A stretch of DNA of 64,000 bases from Tubiluchus corallicola (Eukaryota > Animalia > Priapulida): positions 248,001 through 312,000 of the forward strand of contig JAQGDQ010000018.1 of the NCBI GenBank assembly GCA_030141605.1, in the 5' to 3' direction. Positions 62,229 through 64,000 of the stretch are shown piece after piece (the first letter of the stretch is position 1; every line of letters starts with the position of its first letter). The notes under the pieces were generated by a model. It saw only the letters and a list, made by a program, of their open reading frames with translations. It was not told the origin of the DNA and did no database searches. Made by a program: the position numbers and the translations under genes.

Positions 62229-64000
62229 TTTCAGTTAAAGTATAGATATTATTTTATCAGTATTTCCACAACTTATCGCAACGCCACTAAATTTCATTTG
62301 AAATTGCAAGGAATTTGCTACGTTATTTTTTGGGGGAAGGGGAGGCGCGGCAGACTCAGTGCACCCCGAGCGCCACAGTCTCTAGCTATGCCACAAAGTT
62401 ATACTTTTCTTTAATAGCAAAGAAAAGCTATATAAAGATTACAAGCATACTATATTGCTGCAGTGTCATATTCCGAAGGAGGGGCCGTGTGCGGCATTTT
62501 CGAAAATTAAACTGTGTAATGTGTTTTGCTTTTCTGTTGTTCAAGACAAAATCAACTTTTTCAGTACACAATCAAAGTGCAATCCGGCCACCTACAACCC
62601 ACTCTCCATCCCACTCTTAGCTTTCGCGGTGCAGCACACTACCTAATTATTTTTTCTGTGTAATTCTTAAGCCTCAAGTTATACGTCGAAATTCAAGCGG
62701 AAATTGAATGAAACGAACGTGCTCAGTTACTATTTTAACCTTGTTGATAGCCCTGTTATAAGCAAACATCTTGCTGCGTGCCTCATTAAACGACGGCAAC
62801 TGTTACACACGACCACCCTTCCGTCATCACTTGGCTACAGTTACGAATGACATCACGCAGGGCCGAGTCAACAAAAATATACAGACATCCTTGCATTTTT
62901 AGCCTCTAACACACACTCGACTCTATTTAACTAACTTGACTAGAAATGACTTTGTGCACTGTGCGGCTGAGAGAGACTACCGATTCTGAAAATTTATTTA
63001 TTTTAACTTTCGTCTTAAAGTACTCGCAATTTCTAAGCAAACTACATTTATCTCACAGATAACCCACTGGTACTCATTCAAGCTTTCTCGACACCATTAT
63101 TAAAGAAAAAGTGCGTTTTTTGGTAACCTAATTCCCAGCATTGACGAAATTCAGTCCTCCTCAGGATGATCTGGCTGAGATCTTAGTTTAACCGTGATAA
63201 TCGGTATTATTATAGAGAAAAGAATTGTACGCGAAAAGAATTAGTTACATTTCGCAGTTTACACTTTGTAACTGTCTGCATATCTCATTTGCTTTTGTAC
63301 AAACTTAAATTTTGTATCATTCCAAAGCTACACGCAAATTGTGAAGGCTTTTCAGCGCATTGGCTTCTCTGTACACGACGTGTTCGCTTGTTTCATGTGA
63401 TAAGCAGCTGCTGCTAACATGTTACACGTGCTTTTGATGACAGCCTTTACACGGAGAGGTCAGCTTTTCAACGTACTGAACGCTGCGTCAAACGCGTAGC
63501 ATACTGAGTACAGTAATGCGTAATAGACTAAAAATTTTCTAATTATATTTAAACTATTGTAGAGAGGTCCATTTTGTGCAAAAGTAAAGCTTTAATGATC
63601 TTTATAGGGCTGTGCTGAATGCAGAACTACCGAACCTGCCTAACGTTTTGCTAGGTTTAACTTATTCTGCAAGGACGCTATATCTAGAGACAGAAGAAAG
63701 AAAAATAAGACTAGAAAAGCTGTTAAATCTGTACTAAAGATGAGAGGTAACAGAATCAGTATTGGAATGAATTAGTTGAGTGTATTATACTACAGCCCAA
63801 CTGTAGAGCCTATCAAATTTCAGTTCAGCATGTTGCTGCCAATAATATTTTTGCTAACATTACTTTTTGCAGTCTAAATTTATCCGCTCGGTAAATTCTT
63901 TGGAAATGGGTCACCAAAATGTAATCTGTGTATCAACACTGCGTGGTCCAAGAAAAGTAAAATAATGAAGCAAACAGCTGACAGCTTAGTTAGCCTATGG

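Overview
AT-rich, intron-rich animal (probably invertebrate) genomic DNA, not prokaryotic. Three spliced protein-coding genes were reconstructed by hand from splice sites and reading frames. (1) A ZDHHC1/ZDHHC11-family palmitoyltransferase on + (9 coding exons, 4382-28908, about 1268 aa). (2) A progranulin on - (43394-32658; 9 intact coding exons plus one decayed exon). (3) The 3' SH2-PTB end of a tensin on - (61453-55865; upstream exons lie outside the window). About 10 kb of nested retroelement debris (BEL/Pao, LINEs, a MITE) lies between tensin and progranulin. The most unusual biology is in the ZDHHC gene. Its first coding intron is U12-type. Its in-frame-skippable catalytic DHHC exon sits inside a ~165-bp inverted repeat. 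Its terminal exon has been triplicated (912-bp unit) together with its own 3' splice site, which predicts 3-, 2- or 1-repeat isoforms that all end in a PDZ-type ETDV motif. All calls come from reading the sequence; no searches were run.
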